Source: Planctomycetota bacterium (GTDB lineage Bacteria > Planctomycetota > MHYJ01 > WSZJ01). From it: 64,000 nucleotides of DNA. Under the pieces are notes generated by a model. The model searched no databases. It saw nothing but the letters and a program-made list of their open reading frames with translations, and had not been told where the DNA came from. Position 1 is the stretch's first letter, and each line of letters begins with the position of its first letter. A program made the translations under genes and the position numbers. The DNA is taken from positions 4,883 to 68,882 of the forward strand of contig JBBTCT010000036.1 of the NCBI GenBank assembly GCA_038060895.1, given 5' to 3'. Below, piece after piece: positions 9,557-20,477 of the stretch.

Positions 9557-10203
9557 CGCGAGGCCTCCATCGCCGGCCGGTCGCGGAAGAGCCGCACGGT
9601 AAACGCCTGTGACCATCCTTCAACCGTGCCGTCGCGCGGCGTCGCCTTCTCAGCATACCGGTCGTCGTACCGCGTGAAATCCCCGTCCGGCCCCAGGAAC
9701 ACCCGCTTCAGCGCATCCACGAAGTCCCCCGAGACCCGTCCCATCGGCGCCGGTTTCGTCGCGTCCGGCGCTGCCTCGCACGCCAGCTCCAGCGTCGCCT
9801 CCGGCGAGCCTGCCGGGCCGCCCGTCCGTCGCGTGCCACGCGCCGAGGAGAGCCAAACCTGCGGCGAACCGTAGTCCAGAATCTCCGCGACGCGGTCGAG
9901 CCTCCGCGCCCACGTCACACGCCGCGCGCGCCCGACCCGCTCCACGATTTCCGCCTTCTGCCGAAGCGGCGCCAGCTCCGCTTCGAGCCTGGAAGTCTCA
10001 GCCGCCGAGGCCCGCGCCTTCTCGATGTCGCGGTCAAACGCCGCGACCTCCTTGCCGAGGCGGTCGGCGACCCGCGCGCTCCAGAGCGCGGCCGCCGCCG
10101 TGATCGCAAGGAGCGCCGCCGCCGCAATGAGCCCTGTCATCCGCGGCCACGGCGCCGCTTCGCGCTTGCGCCTGTCCGCCGGCAGGAGGTTGATCCGGAT
10201 CAT
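9553..10203 (-). CDS. pilN: Type IV pilus assembly protein PilN-like
   Basis: MIRINLLP signature, TM helix, coiled coil, PQVWLSS. Confidence 0.85.
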   Translation of the reverse strand: MIRINLLPADRRKREAAPWPRMTGLIAAAALLAITAAAALWSARVADRLGKEVAAFDRDIEKARASAAETSRLEAELAPLRQKAEIVERVGRARRVTWARRLDRVAEILDYGSPQVWLSSARGTRRTGGPAGSPEATLELACEAAPDATKPAPMGRVSGDFVDALKRVFLGPDGDFTRYDDRYAEKATPRDGTVEGWSQAFTVRLFRDRPAMEASR

Positions 10204-10206
10204 CGG

Positions 10207-11250
10207 TTACTCGTCCTTCACCCGGCTCGCCAGCCCGATCGCGATCGCCGCCTGCGCCGCGGCTCCCTTGATGTCGGCGGAATTGACCTCGCCGCCGAGC
10301 GGAAGTCCTTCCGTCGGATCCCATTTCGAAGGCGCCTTCCCGAATCCCGCCTGCAGCGCGTCCGCCAGCCCGGGTGTTGCCGAAGCGCCGCCGGAGAGCC
10401 AGATCTCCTCCACGGGGCGCTCGTACTGCTCCTCGAAATGGTCGAATGACAGCCTGACTTCGTGCCAGAGAGCCTCCAGAAGCGTGGCAATCGCCGCCTT
10501 CATCTCGTCGACCCTGTCCACCTGCAGCCGCTTCGCCTGCTCCGCCGACTCTGCATCGGTGCCCAGGGCGCGTCCGATTTCGCCGGTGAAGTCATTCCCT
10601 GCGACGTAAATCTCACGGGTGAAGTAATAGCTTGAGAACGGCTTCATGATCGCGACGCTCGTCTTGAGCGCGCCGATGTCGAGAAGAGCCGATGTCTTTT
10701 CCGCCATGGAAGGGCTCGCCATCGCGCGCAACTCAAACGCGTTGCAGAGGGCAAACGAATCCACGTCGACGATCGCGGGCTTCAGCCCGATCTTCTCGAG
10801 AAGCGCCACGTGGTCGTCCACGGCATCACGCCGTGCGGCTGCCAGCAGCACACGCATCTCCGTGGACTGACCGGGCCCGCCCGGCGCCTCCGCGATCGCG
10901 CCGCCGGGTTCCTCGAGCCGCTCCCAGTCGACGTATCCGAGCTCCGGCTCGAACGGCAGATACTTCGCCACTTCGTACTTCATGCTGGCGGCGAGCTCCG
11001 CGTCCGGCACCCGCCGGTGCGTGATGTAGCGCACGATCACGTTCCGGCCCGACACCGACGTCGCGACACGCTTTCCTTTCCACCCCGCCCTCGTCACGAT
11101 GTCGCGCAGCATGTCCGCGAGGCCCTCGGGCTGGGTGACTTCCGCCCGCACCCACCCCGTCAGCGCCAGCCCTCCCTTGGACTCCGTCAGTTCCGCCGCC
11201 TTGACGTAGCGCGAGCCGATGTCGAGGCCGAGGAGCGTTCGCGAGGACAT
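10207..11250 (-). CDS. pilM: Type IV pilus assembly protein PilM
   Basis: GLDIGSRYVKA, KYLPF, RVLLAAAR, IVDVDSFAL, LLDIGA, LSGG actin-like ATPase motifs, AIGLA. Confidence 0.92.
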   Translation of the reverse strand: MSSRTLLGLDIGSRYVKAAELTESKGGLALTGWVRAEVTQPEGLADMLRDIVTRAGWKGKRVATSVSGRNVIVRYITHRRVPDAELAASMKYEVAKYLPFEPELGYVDWERLEEPGGAIAEAPGGPGQSTEMRVLLAAARRDAVDDHVALLEKIGLKPAIVDVDSFALCNAFELRAMASPSMAEKTSALLDIGALKTSVAIMKPFSSYYFTREIYVAGNDFTGEIGRALGTDAESAEQAKRLQVDRVDEMKAAIATLLEALWHEVRLSFDHFEEQYERPVEEIWLSGGASATPGLADALQAGFGKAPSKWDPTEGLPLGGEVNSADIKGAAAQAAIAIGLASRVKDE

Positions 11251-11256
11251 GGTTGG

Positions 11257-11997
11257 TCAGCGCTTCTCGAAAAGCTCGTTGGCTTTGTCGTACGAATCGA
11301 TGTCGCCGATGTCGAACCAGAGCCCGTCGATGACGAAGCCGTAGGTGGGGACCTGCCTGACGAGCCACTGGATGTACCAGCCCGGCTGGTCCTTGTTGTG
11401 CCCGGCGGCGAGGTACTTGTCGACGAGGGGAAGAGTCGCCTTCGGGAAGTAATAGAGGCAGATCGAGATCAGGGTCGTCTTCGGCCGCGCCGGCTTTTCT
11501 TCGAAATCGGTGATCCGCTTGTTCGCATCCAGAGTCACGACGCTGTACTGGCTGATCAGCGGGCCCAGATGCTGCATGTCCTTCAGGCACACCACCGGCC
11601 CGCCTTTTTCCCTTCCGAACGCCACCATCTTTGCGACGTCGAACTCAAAGAGGTTGTCGCCCGCGACCACCAGCAGGTCGTCGTCGATTTTCCCCTCGCG
11701 GATCGTGAACTGGATGTCGCCGACGGCTCCGAGGCGGTCGTCGTTCGAAGAAGTTCCGTCGTTATACACCGCGACCGGAACGGGACACTTGTAGCCCTTG
11801 CGCCAGTCCTCGAAATTGTCGGCGAAGCGGGAATTCGTGACGAGGGCGACCCCATCGAGCCCCGGAACGGGGAGCAGCCGGTCCAGGATCCACTCCACCA
11901 TCGGCTTCCGGCCGATGCTCAGGAGCGGTTTCGGCCGGTTCTTCGTCAGCGGGTAAAGGCGCGTCCCGTACCCCGCGCCGAGGAGGAGGACCTTCAA
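11257..11997 (-). CDS. Sugar-phosphate nucleotidyltransferase (NTP_transferase family)
   Basis: LLGAGYGTRLYPLT..RPKPLL, LLVVAGDNLF, FEEKP, WFDIG; TTG start after GGAG. Confidence 0.9.
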   Translation of the reverse strand: MKVLLLGAGYGTRLYPLTKNRPKPLLSIGRKPMVEWILDRLLPVPGLDGVALVTNSRFADNFEDWRKGYKCPVPVAVYNDGTSSNDDRLGAVGDIQFTIREGKIDDDLLVVAGDNLFEFDVAKMVAFGREKGGPVVCLKDMQHLGPLISQYSVVTLDANKRITDFEEKPARPKTTLISICLYYFPKATLPLVDKYLAAGHNKDQPGWYIQWLVRQVPTYGFVIDGLWFDIGDIDSYDKANELFEKR

Positions 11998-12104
11998 GGG
12001 AGGCTCCGTGGATGAGTCGCGCCGGGGCGCCCGGCGGTTGACGCAATTCTAGGCGGTGGTGGGGGATCGGTCAAACGGCGATTGGACGGCGCGACGCCGC
12101 AGGC

Positions 12105-12137
12105 AAAAAAAAACGGCCGGCGCGCAGGCGCCGGCCG
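12105..12137 (-). terminator. Rho-independent terminator of the outer-membrane protein gene
   Basis: CGGCCGGCGC-GCAG-GCGCCGGCCG hairpin preceded on + strand by a 9-A run (U tract on - strand). Confidence 0.85.
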
Positions 12138-12154
12138 CTTCGCAACTCCGTTTT

Positions 12155-13291
12155 CTAGAACTTGATCCCCGCCGTCAATTCACCTTGCACGCGGGCCGAG
12201 TTGTCGTTCAGGCCGCGCCCAATGGCAGCTTCGACAATCACCGGTCCTACACGCCCGCGCACTCCGAGCGATGCGAGCCCGGTCACGTGCCGGGTGTAGG
12301 AGTCGTTCATCAAGTGGCGCCACGCGTTCGTCTGGCCCTCCACTTGCGCAATGATCATCAGGAAGTCGAAGATCTCAAACGTAACCGCAAAGCCCGCCGT
12401 CGCGAACGGCCGGATCTCCAGATGCTCCGGTGTCGTGTCGAGCGGATCTTCGATGTACCTGTAGAAGAGGTGCCGCGTGTTCTCCGTGTAGATCGCGCCG
12501 ATGTTCGTGTGGAACGAGAAGCGCCCGGCCTTGATCGAGACCGCCAGGTTCGCGCCGTACTCATACCCGGTCGTATCCAGCATCTCATCGTCCTCGGCCA
12601 TCGATTTCTTGCCCTTGATGTTCAGCGCGAAGCCGCTGATCCCGTCGTCGTGCTTCCAGATGTTCCACTTCAGATTGCCTTCGATCGACTTGGACCCGTA
12701 CTCCCGGTCCCCCGTGCGGATGATCTGCGTCCGCGACATGTACCAGAACAGGTCGTTGCGCCCCAGCTCGGTCATTTCGCCGAACGTGTACTTTACGCCG
12801 AACTCCAGGCCGCCGGCCTTGTAACAGGGCAAGCCAATCTTCGCCCGCACGATCCCGAGGTTCAGGCGAGCCTTCCAGTGCACGTCTTCCTCATCATGAG
12901 TCTCGTCGAACTGCTGGCTGAACATCTGACCGCTCAGCTCAAAGTAGAAGTGCTTGAATCCGATCGTCGATGCCGCTTCCATCGGCCACCGCGTGTTCAA
13001 GCTCTGGAACGGGCCGCCGCCTTCCCAGGCGATCGGGCCGCTCCACATCGGGTCGCCGTCCTTGATGTGCTCGAACCAGGTCCACTCCTTCTCCGTCAGG
13101 CGCTCCTTCTTGTTCGTGCGCGCCTTGTGCTCTCCCTCCGTCGCCTTGTCGAACTCGTCCGAGTAGTCGTCCTCGTAGGCGTCCCGGTCACCGAGCGCAT
13201 ACGTCGAAGGATCGAGCGCATTACCGCCGCCCGCCCACACCGGCGTCGCCAGCACGCCCACCGCAACCGCGGCGAAGACAGTTCTCAGCAC
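12155..13291 (-). CDS. Putative outer-membrane beta-barrel protein
   Basis: GTG start after GGAGGGAAG; signal peptide ending VWA; alternating amphipathic strands; C-terminal Phe (GELTAGIKF) like a BAM signal. Confidence 0.65.
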   Translation of the reverse strand: MLRTVFAAVAVGVLATPVWAGGGNALDPSTYALGDRDAYEDDYSDEFDKATEGEHKARTNKKERLTEKEWTWFEHIKDGDPMWSGPIAWEGGGPFQSLNTRWPMEAASTIGFKHFYFELSGQMFSQQFDETHDEEDVHWKARLNLGIVRAKIGLPCYKAGGLEFGVKYTFGEMTELGRNDLFWYMSRTQIIRTGDREYGSKSIEGNLKWNIWKHDDGISGFALNIKGKKSMAEDDEMLDTTGYEYGANLAVSIKAGRFSFHTNIGAIYTENTRHLFYRYIEDPLDTTPEHLEIRPFATAGFAVTFEIFDFLMIIAQVEGQTNAWRHLMNDSYTRHVTGLASLGVRGRVGPVIVEAAIGRGLNDNSARVQGELTAGIKF

Positions 13292-13502
13292 GCTTCCCTC
13301 CTTGGCTGAATCGCAGGACCGTTCGGCGACCCCAGGGCAGGCCCGGAGCAGCGCCACCCCCGGCGGACAGCGACGGACAGCACCCGGCACCCCGCCGGGA
13401 CGTTCCCCTCTCGCGACACTCCCGCAACTCTCGGGAGGGCCGAAAATGAGGCGTGCTTTGTAGCCGCGGAAGGGGTGGGAGGTCAAACAAAAAGTCGGCG
13501 TC

Positions 13503-16500
13503 TTATCGGTCTCCCAGCTGCGCGTACAACCCCTTGGCCTCCCCGTGCGATGGGTCCAGCTCCAGCGCCCTCTTCAGGCACTTGCGCGCTTCACCCAGGT
13601 TCTTCAGCAGGATCATCACCTTTCCCTTTCCAACCCACCCGTCGGGAGATTTCTCGTCCGCCCGAATGGCCCGGTCGAACGCGCTCAAAGCGGTGGGGAA
13701 GAGTTGCGCGGTGGCGGCGGCGTTTCCGAGCGACAGGAGGGTCGAGGCCCGCTCGCCCTGGATTCGGAGGGCGCGTTCAAACGCCTCCGTCGCCTCCGCC
13801 GCGCGCCCCGTGCTCGCCAACGCCGTGCCATAATTCACGAGCGCCTGCGCAAACCCGGGATCCAGGTCGACCGCCAGGCGGAATTCGACGACCGCCTCTG
13901 TTTCCCGGTGAAGCCCCACCAGCGCCAGCCCCAATAGATGATGAACGTCCGCGCTCGCCGAACGAAAAGATGCGGCGCGGCGAAGGGCCGTCAAGGCGCC
14001 TTCGTAGTCCTGATTCTGAAGAAGTTCATTTCCCACCACGACCAGGTCGGCGCTGAAAAGCTCCTCCTTCCGGAGTGAATCGAGGAGCGGCTGCAGGTCG
14101 GCTTCCTTCACCGGCCGGGCGAACATCCGGCGCATCCGGCCCTCTCCATCGAAAACAAGCGTGGTCGGCAGCGTGGCATGGCCATCCCGACCGAAAAACG
14201 AGTCCAGGGAGGCCGGGTCTGCAATCATGTTGGTCCACTTCACGCCAGTGGACGCGAGCAGTTCCCGCGCTTCCTTTTCCTCCGAGGCGTTCACCAGAAC
14301 CGCCGTGAACTGCACGTCGCTGCCGGATGCGACCGAGACCCGCGCCAGGTCCTGAAGTTCTTCCCGGCACGACGCGCAGGTCGGCGACCAGAAGTGAACC
14401 ACGGCAGGCCGGCCAGGCTTTGCCAAGGGCGAGCGTTCTCCTCCATCCATCGGCTGCATGGCCACCGACAAGTCAAATCGCTTTGCTGCCAGCGGCCGCG
14501 AGTCCGCAGGCCAGCATGGAATCGCTTCCGCCCGCGCTTCCCGGTCGCCCTCTCGAACCCGGATCAGGCGATCCACCGGAAGACCCTCCCAGCGTCCGGT
14601 CGCTCCCGACGGCCACGCGACCTCCAGCACGTCGATGCGTTCCGCGCCGGCCAATCCGAAGTGGATGTGCCCCGGCTGCTGGGTGATGAATCCGTCGGTC
14701 AGCTTCATCCAATCCTGCTGCTTCACTCCTCCCGCGGTCACGCGCACGATCGCGCCGAGCGCCATCGCATTCCCCTTCGTCGCTTCGAGGGCCACCCGGC
14801 AGAAATGCCGGGGCGCAGAGGTGTTTTCCATGATTCGCAACCCCTGCAGGCTCTGCAGCGCGAGGTCCAGATCTCCGTCCCCGTCGACATCGACCATCGC
14901 AGCCGCGCGCCCGTCGTCGTCGAAGTCGAGGCCCTTTACGTAAGCCGCGTCAAAGAAGCGCGGATAGGGACCATCCACGTTGTGGAAGCACTTGTCGCGC
15001 TCGTATCCGCTCCAGGAACCCGAGAAGCGTCTCTCGATTTCGCCGTTGATTTTTGGCGCGACCGCGCCGGATTCCAGGGCTTTCCCGTCGGCGACGACCT
15101 GTCGCCAGAAAAACGTTCACCAGTCCGGCGCAGAGGCGTCGGCGTGTGTGGTGAAGCCGTTTGCGACGAAGAGATCCTTGTCGGAGTCATTGTCGAGGTC
15201 AGCGAAGACGCAGGCCCAGGCCCAATCCGCCCACGCCACGTCGCGCTCGACCGCGGACTCCGTCCAGGCGCCCGAGGCGCTCTGTTCGAACAGCATGTTG
15301 CCGCGGGCCATGACGAGCGCGGAGGCGCGGGTCGAGTCGGTCAATGCGCCTGCGAGTGGCAGGATCCGGTTGCCCGCGTGGCTGTACATTTCCGACGTGT
15401 ACACGCTCCAGTTCCCGGTGTTGTCCCAATCGGCGATCGTGACGCCCATGGTGTAGGCGTTGGACCCTGAGAAAGGGTGTCCTTCGGCCCGTTTGAAATG
15501 CCCCCGGCCGTCCCCGAGGAACACGGGATTGGGTCCCCAGTCGTTGCACTCGTAGAAGTCGGTCTTTCCGTCGCCGTCGAAATCGAAGAATGCGCCGGCG
15601 TAGGTGTACTGCGTGCCCGTCAATCCGCGCTGGTCAGATTCTTCCGAGAACTTCAAACCCCCCTTGTTCATGAAGAGGAGGTTGTCGGCGCCGTCGAACG
15701 AGCCCAGCGAATTGAACTTCTCCTTCCCGGACTCCGAATCGGAGTACGCCCCGAACCAGAGATCGAGGAGCCCATCGCCATCGACGTCCCACGGGATGAG
15801 CGCCTGGATCATGATCTGGCGAATGCCATTCGCGGCCCGGAAACTAAGGGAGTCCGCCAACTTTCGCCACGCGCCGTCCTTCCGCGTGAAGATGGCGATC
15901 GTGCAGAGACCGTCCTCGTATCCGGAAACGTTACTATCAACGAGTTCTTCCAGCCCGTCCCCATCCAGGTCGATGAACGCGAAAACCGGGCCGGCATCCT
16001 GCGAGCCTTCGAACGGAGGCGCCTCCCTCCTGAACCCGCCGAGGCCGTCGTTCACGAACAGCACGGCGTGCTTCTCGTACTGGGTGGCGAGGATGTCCCA
16101 GAAGCCGTCGCGGTTCCAGTCGGCCACGCAAAGGCCGCTGTTTGTCCGGATGTTGCGCGCGTTGATGACGCGCTGGTGGAGATCGCGATTCTCGGTCGAC
16201 TCGTTGAAGTGAAATCCGGTCGCATCGGTCACGTCATTGAACGGGGGGCGCCTCGACTCGATGCGGCACCCCTCACGCAACGCAAGCCGGCTAATTTTCC
16301 AGGAATCGCCGGCCTTGACCACCTCCACGTCGAGGACAGCCTGAACGTCGGTCCGGCCCCGATCCGCGCGCGGACCGGCGAGTTGGAAATGCAGCGCGGC
16401 ACGTGCGGCGTTGCCGTCTTTGCGGAGCAGAAACTCGAAGAACCTCCAGGTCGTGCGTTCCACCGAGGTCCAGCCTTCCGCATGGCGCCGGAGGACCGCG

Positions 16501-16886
16501 ACGAATTCATCGCGGTTGAGTCGCGGAAGCCCGTCAGCGCGGTAACTCCGCAGCCCGAGCTCCCCGTCCTTGACCTCCGTCCCCGCGCCAGGCTCCGGAA
16601 ACCACCCCTGGAAATCCCCCGTCAGTCCGCTTGTCGCCAGGCCCCAATCCTGCCCCCTGAGTCCCTTCATGAACGTGCCCTTCACGCTCTTGCCCGCTTC
16701 TTCCTGGGTCGTCTCAGAGAGCTCGATATCGACGACGAAGGTCTTCGGGCGCGCGGGCCACTCCGGCCAATCGGCGGCGTCCTTGAGGGCATGGCCGGGC
16801 GAGCGACCTGTCCGCCAGATGAGCACCGCTGCGACTCCTGCAGCCACGAGGACTGCAAGAGAAACGAGGATCCTGCGCGGTTTCAC
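13503..16886 (-). CDS. Candidate selenoprotein copy 1: TM anchor / NTF2-like / FG-GAP (CRTAC1-like) / Sec / ASPIC-UnbV / TlpA-like / TPR, 1127 aa with UGA read-through at 15117-15119
   Basis: ORFs 15117..16955 and 13503..14978 are in one frame joined by a single TGA (SAPDW-TGA-TFFWRQVV); intervening 46 codons are open and homologous to paralogues; DxDGDG repeats, HFGL, FWSPTCASC, TPRs. Confidence 0.85.
15088..15119 (-). promoter_or_regulatory. UGA plus SECIS-like hairpin (copy 1)
   Basis: TGA-ACGTTTT-TC-T-GGCGAC-AGGTC-GTCGCC-GA: 6-bp stem, AGGUC loop, bulged U, 2 more pairs. Confidence 0.75.
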
Positions 16887-16965
16887 GTGGATTCCCTCAC
16901 CAGAATGAAACCGGCCCGAACCGTGTGAACGGGTCGGGCCGGAGTGGTCACTCAATCAGCGGAAG

Positions 16966-18633
16966 TCACAGTCTCCTTGCGGCGGCCACCAGCAGGAGGG
17001 CGAATGCGATGGCCGCGAGAGCTGCAGAAGCGCCCGGATGTCCCGCAGCGGTCGCGAGAGGAGCCAGGCCGACACGCGCTGCCCCCGGCGCTCGACGAGC
17101 GGCGTTCGAGCAGGCTGCGCCTGCCGTGCCGTACCAGCGGCTTGCCACCTGACCTGCCGAAGAGGCTTCAAGGCTTCCTTCCCGCCACTTCATGAGGCCT
17201 TCGACCTGCGGCGAGGGCCCTTCGAACGCAGCGGTCGAGACGTAACACCTGCGGCCGTGGTGCGTCGACCCGCCACGGACGCCGAATTCGAAACTATCGC
17301 CGATACGGAATGACTGGGCGGTGCTGAAGGCCCCCGTCAAGCCTCCCAGATCGGTGAACTGGATCCGCCAGTAATAGACGGTGTCTCGCAGAAGGTTGAT
17401 GCCGATCGTCAGGTCCGGCGTGCGCTCGCCCTGGGCCAGGAAAGGCGCAATCCCAAGGGGGCCCGAGTCGAAGTCGAGGACGAGAAACGTCGGGTCGGCT
17501 GCAATCTGGAAGCGCAGGCCGATCGCGAAATCGATGGTGTTCGGATCGTTGTAAATCGCGCTGAAATTCGGCGACTCGTCGATGACGGGATCCACGAAGC
17601 CGGAGCGGCCGGTCTGTGCCCCTGCAGTGCTTTCGTTGACGAAGAGGCTGTCTGCAACCGGCGGGAAGGGCGGCTCGATCGTGAACGAGAAGACCGTCGA
17701 GTTGGCGCTGACGTTTCCGGCCGCGTCCACAGCCCTGACTCGCCAGAAGTAGACGCCGACGGGCAGGGGCGTCGTTATGACAGTCGAAACGGTGGGAGAG
17801 GCCGTGAATGAGAAGGGCGCAACCGGAGGATTTGTGATGTCGACCTCCACCACGTAGTTCGCGATCGTGCCTGCCCCGCACGATGTCGTATCCGTACTGT
17901 CCGTCCAATCCAGGGGGACAGCCCCCGCCGACACGATCGAAGCGTCCGCCGGCGTCAGGAGCGTGGGAACCGTGGGAGCAATCGCGTCCGGGCAGGTCAC
18001 GCCGAGGCTGTCGACGAACCAGCCGTCGAAGGCATTCCCGACGCCGTCCACCGTATTGAAGAGGTACCGGATCCTCACCGTCGGAACCACGCCGATCGGG
18101 ACGCTCAGGGTGTGCGCATGATACGTCCCCATCGCTGCACAGGTCTGGGGCACGGGCACGCCGGTTGTCTGGAAGTTGAACGTCGAGATCACGGCAAGCG
18201 TCGCTCCGTTGAGCACCTGCATCTGCCGGACGTCGAACGTGCCGGCTGTCGTCTCAGTCTGGTAGTTGCACCGGAACGTCACCACGATCGTGCCGCCGGC
18301 ACCCACGGTGGAGATTTCGGGGCTCGTGACGTTGCCCGAATTGGATCCCGTCCCTGCGAAATTCGTCCCATCGTTGTAGTTCAGCGATCCAACGCTTCCG
18401 CCGAACGTCGGTCCGTCGGGTCCGGGGCCGACCAGGCCGGCCGGAGTCGCATCGACGCTCCACTGCACCGGAGGAACGGAGACGGACGTATGCGTCTCCG
18501 TCCAGCCGACCGGGAGACCTGCCCCTGCATCGAACGTTTCGGTAAACGGAAGCGGCGCCTGAGCCGAGGCGCCAACCGCCGCCACGAGGACCAGCGCTAG
18601 AGCCAGTCCCGCATACTTGACCTTTCCGCGCAT
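16966..18633 (-). CDS. Secreted beta-rich protein with FN3/Ig-like domains and CFI-box-CTERM-like C-terminal sorting domain
   Basis: AGGAGG RBS, signal peptide, GVYFWRVRAVDAAGN and YYWRIQF FN3-type motifs; C-terminal RCYVSTAAF..SPQV..L..WR..L...AGQ...WY, TM helix and basic tail. Confidence 0.7.
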   Translation of the reverse strand: MRGKVKYAGLALALVLVAAVGASAQAPLPFTETFDAGAGLPVGWTETHTSVSVPPVQWSVDATPAGLVGPGPDGPTFGGSVGSLNYNDGTNFAGTGSNSGNVTSPEISTVGAGGTIVVTFRCNYQTETTAGTFDVRQMQVLNGATLAVISTFNFQTTGVPVPQTCAAMGTYHAHTLSVPIGVVPTVRIRYLFNTVDGVGNAFDGWFVDSLGVTCPDAIAPTVPTLLTPADASIVSAGAVPLDWTDSTDTTSCGAGTIANYVVEVDITNPPVAPFSFTASPTVSTVITTPLPVGVYFWRVRAVDAAGNVSANSTVFSFTIEPPFPPVADSLFVNESTAGAQTGRSGFVDPVIDESPNFSAIYNDPNTIDFAIGLRFQIAADPTFLVLDFDSGPLGIAPFLAQGERTPDLTIGINLLRDTVYYWRIQFTDLGGLTGAFSTAQSFRIGDSFEFGVRGGSTHHGRRCYVSTAAFEGPSPQVEGLMKWREGSLEASSAGQVASRWYGTAGAACSNAARRAPGAARVGLAPLATAAGHPGASAALAAIAFALLLVAAARRL

Positions 18634-18854
18634 TCTATGCCTCCTTGGGCGGGAGATCCCCGCCCGGCCTCTGTACCGCGGGACGCCGGAATGATTCGAT
18701 GATAATGACGCTTCCGGACGGCAACCGCTCCCCTTTGGAACGCGGGATTCTACTCAAACGCCTGCCGTGCAGCGCAAGAAGAAAGTGTCCGCTGGTCGGC
18801 TTCCCGGAGCAAAGAGACGAATCAAGGTTGTAGCGTATGTTTGCACGCCGAATC

Positions 18855-19991
18855 TCAATCCACGTCGATGCCTTCGCAACCGCTCATCCCCCGGTTCCCG
18901 TACGGCCCGTTCCGCACCAGCACCACGGGGTCTGCCGGATCTTCCTCTACTTCCGGATACTCGTGCACCGTCCCCTTGAAGTTCCGCAGAACCAGCTTCC
19001 CGTCGGCCCATTTCTCCACGTAGTTCGGAATCATCGGAATCTTCCCACCGCCGCCGGGGGCGTCGATCACGTAGTGCGGGATCGCGATGCCGCTGATCCA
19101 GCCGCGCAGGCCCTGCATGATCTCCAGCCCCTTTTCGACCGTTGTCCGGAAGTGGTTGGTCCCCTTCGTGATGTCCGCCTGATAAAGGTAGTAGGGGCGA
19201 CAGCGGGCCTGGAGGAGCCCCTTGAAAAGCTTCGCCAGCGCCTCTACGTTGTCGTTCACGCCCTTGAGCAGCACGGTCTGGTTCATCAGCGGGAAACCGG
19301 CGTCGGCCAGGCGGTTGAGGCTGGCGATCGCCTCGAACGTCAGTTCGTCGGGATGGTCGAAGTGAACCATCATCCAGATCGGGTGGAATTTCTTCAGGCG
19401 GTCGCAGAGCTCCTGGGTGACGCGTTGCGGCAGCGCGCTCGGGATGCGCGTGCCGATGCGGATCACCTCGACGTGCGGGATCGCGCGCAGGTTCGCGATG
19501 ATTTCCACGAGCGCGTCGTCCTTCAGCATCATAGGGTCGCCGCCGGACAGGACCACGTCCCGGACCTCCGTATGCGCCCGGATGTATTCGTACGCCCGCC
19601 GGAGCTGCTCCTTCGAGATGCTCTCCGGGTCGCTGACCTTCCGCTTTCTAGTGCAGTAGCGGCAGTAGAACGCGCACTGGTGGGCGACGTAGAAGAGGAC
19701 GCGGTCGGGGTAGCGGTGCACCAGCCCCGGGACCGGGCTCATCTTCTCCTCCGAAAGCGGGTCGTCGAACCCGAACTGGTCGTCCAGTTCGCGCTCGTCC
19801 GGCGCCACCTGCTTCATCAGGTGCTCCGGGTACCCCTTCGCCTTCATCAGGTCCATCCAGTACTTGTTCACGCGGAGCTGGAAGACGTCGTCGACCCTCT
19901 TTGCAACGAGCGGGTCCTGCTCCGGGAATTCCTCGCACCACTGCCTGGCGTTGTTGACGCCTTCGGCGAGAAGTCTTTGCCACTCTTCCAC
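18855..19991 (-). CDS. KamA family radical SAM protein (lysine 2,3-aminomutase-like)
   Basis: GLVHRYPDRVL, CAFYCRYCTRKR, LSGGDP, IRIGTR, NQTVLLKGVND, PYYLYQAD, YVIDAPGGGGKIP (PLP lysine). Confidence 0.93.
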   Translation of the reverse strand: MEEWQRLLAEGVNNARQWCEEFPEQDPLVAKRVDDVFQLRVNKYWMDLMKAKGYPEHLMKQVAPDERELDDQFGFDDPLSEEKMSPVPGLVHRYPDRVLFYVAHQCAFYCRYCTRKRKVSDPESISKEQLRRAYEYIRAHTEVRDVVLSGGDPMMLKDDALVEIIANLRAIPHVEVIRIGTRIPSALPQRVTQELCDRLKKFHPIWMMVHFDHPDELTFEAIASLNRLADAGFPLMNQTVLLKGVNDNVEALAKLFKGLLQARCRPYYLYQADITKGTNHFRTTVEKGLEIMQGLRGWISGIAIPHYVIDAPGGGGKIPMIPNYVEKWADGKLVLRNFKGTVHEYPEVEEDPADPVVLVRNGPYGNRGMSGCEGIDVD

Positions 19992-20000
19992 AACAAGCTC

Positions 20001-20477
20001 CTAAAGGGAGAAGTACTTTCCGAAGACGATCTTGTCGTCGCCGGCGATGTAGAAGTCGCGAAACCGCGCGAGCAGCTCGTAGTTGAGCGCCCGGTAGAAT
20101 TCCAGCGTGCCTTCGTAGCCGGCGCGCGAGGATGTCTCGACGAGAAGAGAGCGTCCATGCGCGGCCCGGACGGCTCCTTCGCAATGTTCCACGAGCGTGC
20201 GTCCGATCCCGCGACCCCGGCTTTTCGGATCGACCGCGATCCAGTACAGGTCGTACGTGCCGTCGCTCATGCTGGCTTTGCCCCAGCACGCGTAGCCGAG
20301 GACGGCGCCGTCTTCCTCGGCGATGGCGAATTCGTAATCCGTCTGCCCAGGCCGGAGCCCGGCGTCGATCACCTCGACCGCGACGGCCATCTCCGCTTCG
20401 CTGAAATTTCCCGCGTCGCGCAGAAGCCGCTCGAGGGCGGGCCTGTCAGCGGCGCGCAGGGCGCGAAGCGTGAGCAT
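20001..20477 (-). CDS. GNAT family N-acetyltransferase
   Basis: YDLYWIAVDP..RGRGIG acetyl-CoA motif, VETSS, FY..L.Y, DFY..GDDK. Confidence 0.9.
   Translation of the reverse strand: MLTLRALRAADRPALERLLRDAGNFSEAEMAVAVEVIDAGLRPGQTDYEFAIAEEDGAVLGYACWGKASMSDGTYDLYWIAVDPKSRGRGIGRTLVEHCEGAVRAAHGRSLLVETSSRAGYEGTLEFYRALNYELLARFRDFYIAGDDKIVFGKYFSL

Noticed and set aside
18822-18857. Read-through of the KamA terminal TGA (would give U-D-S-A-C)
   Set aside because: Not a UxxC spacing, another TGA follows after 10 codons, no SECIS-like hairpin seen, and the enzyme is already complete.
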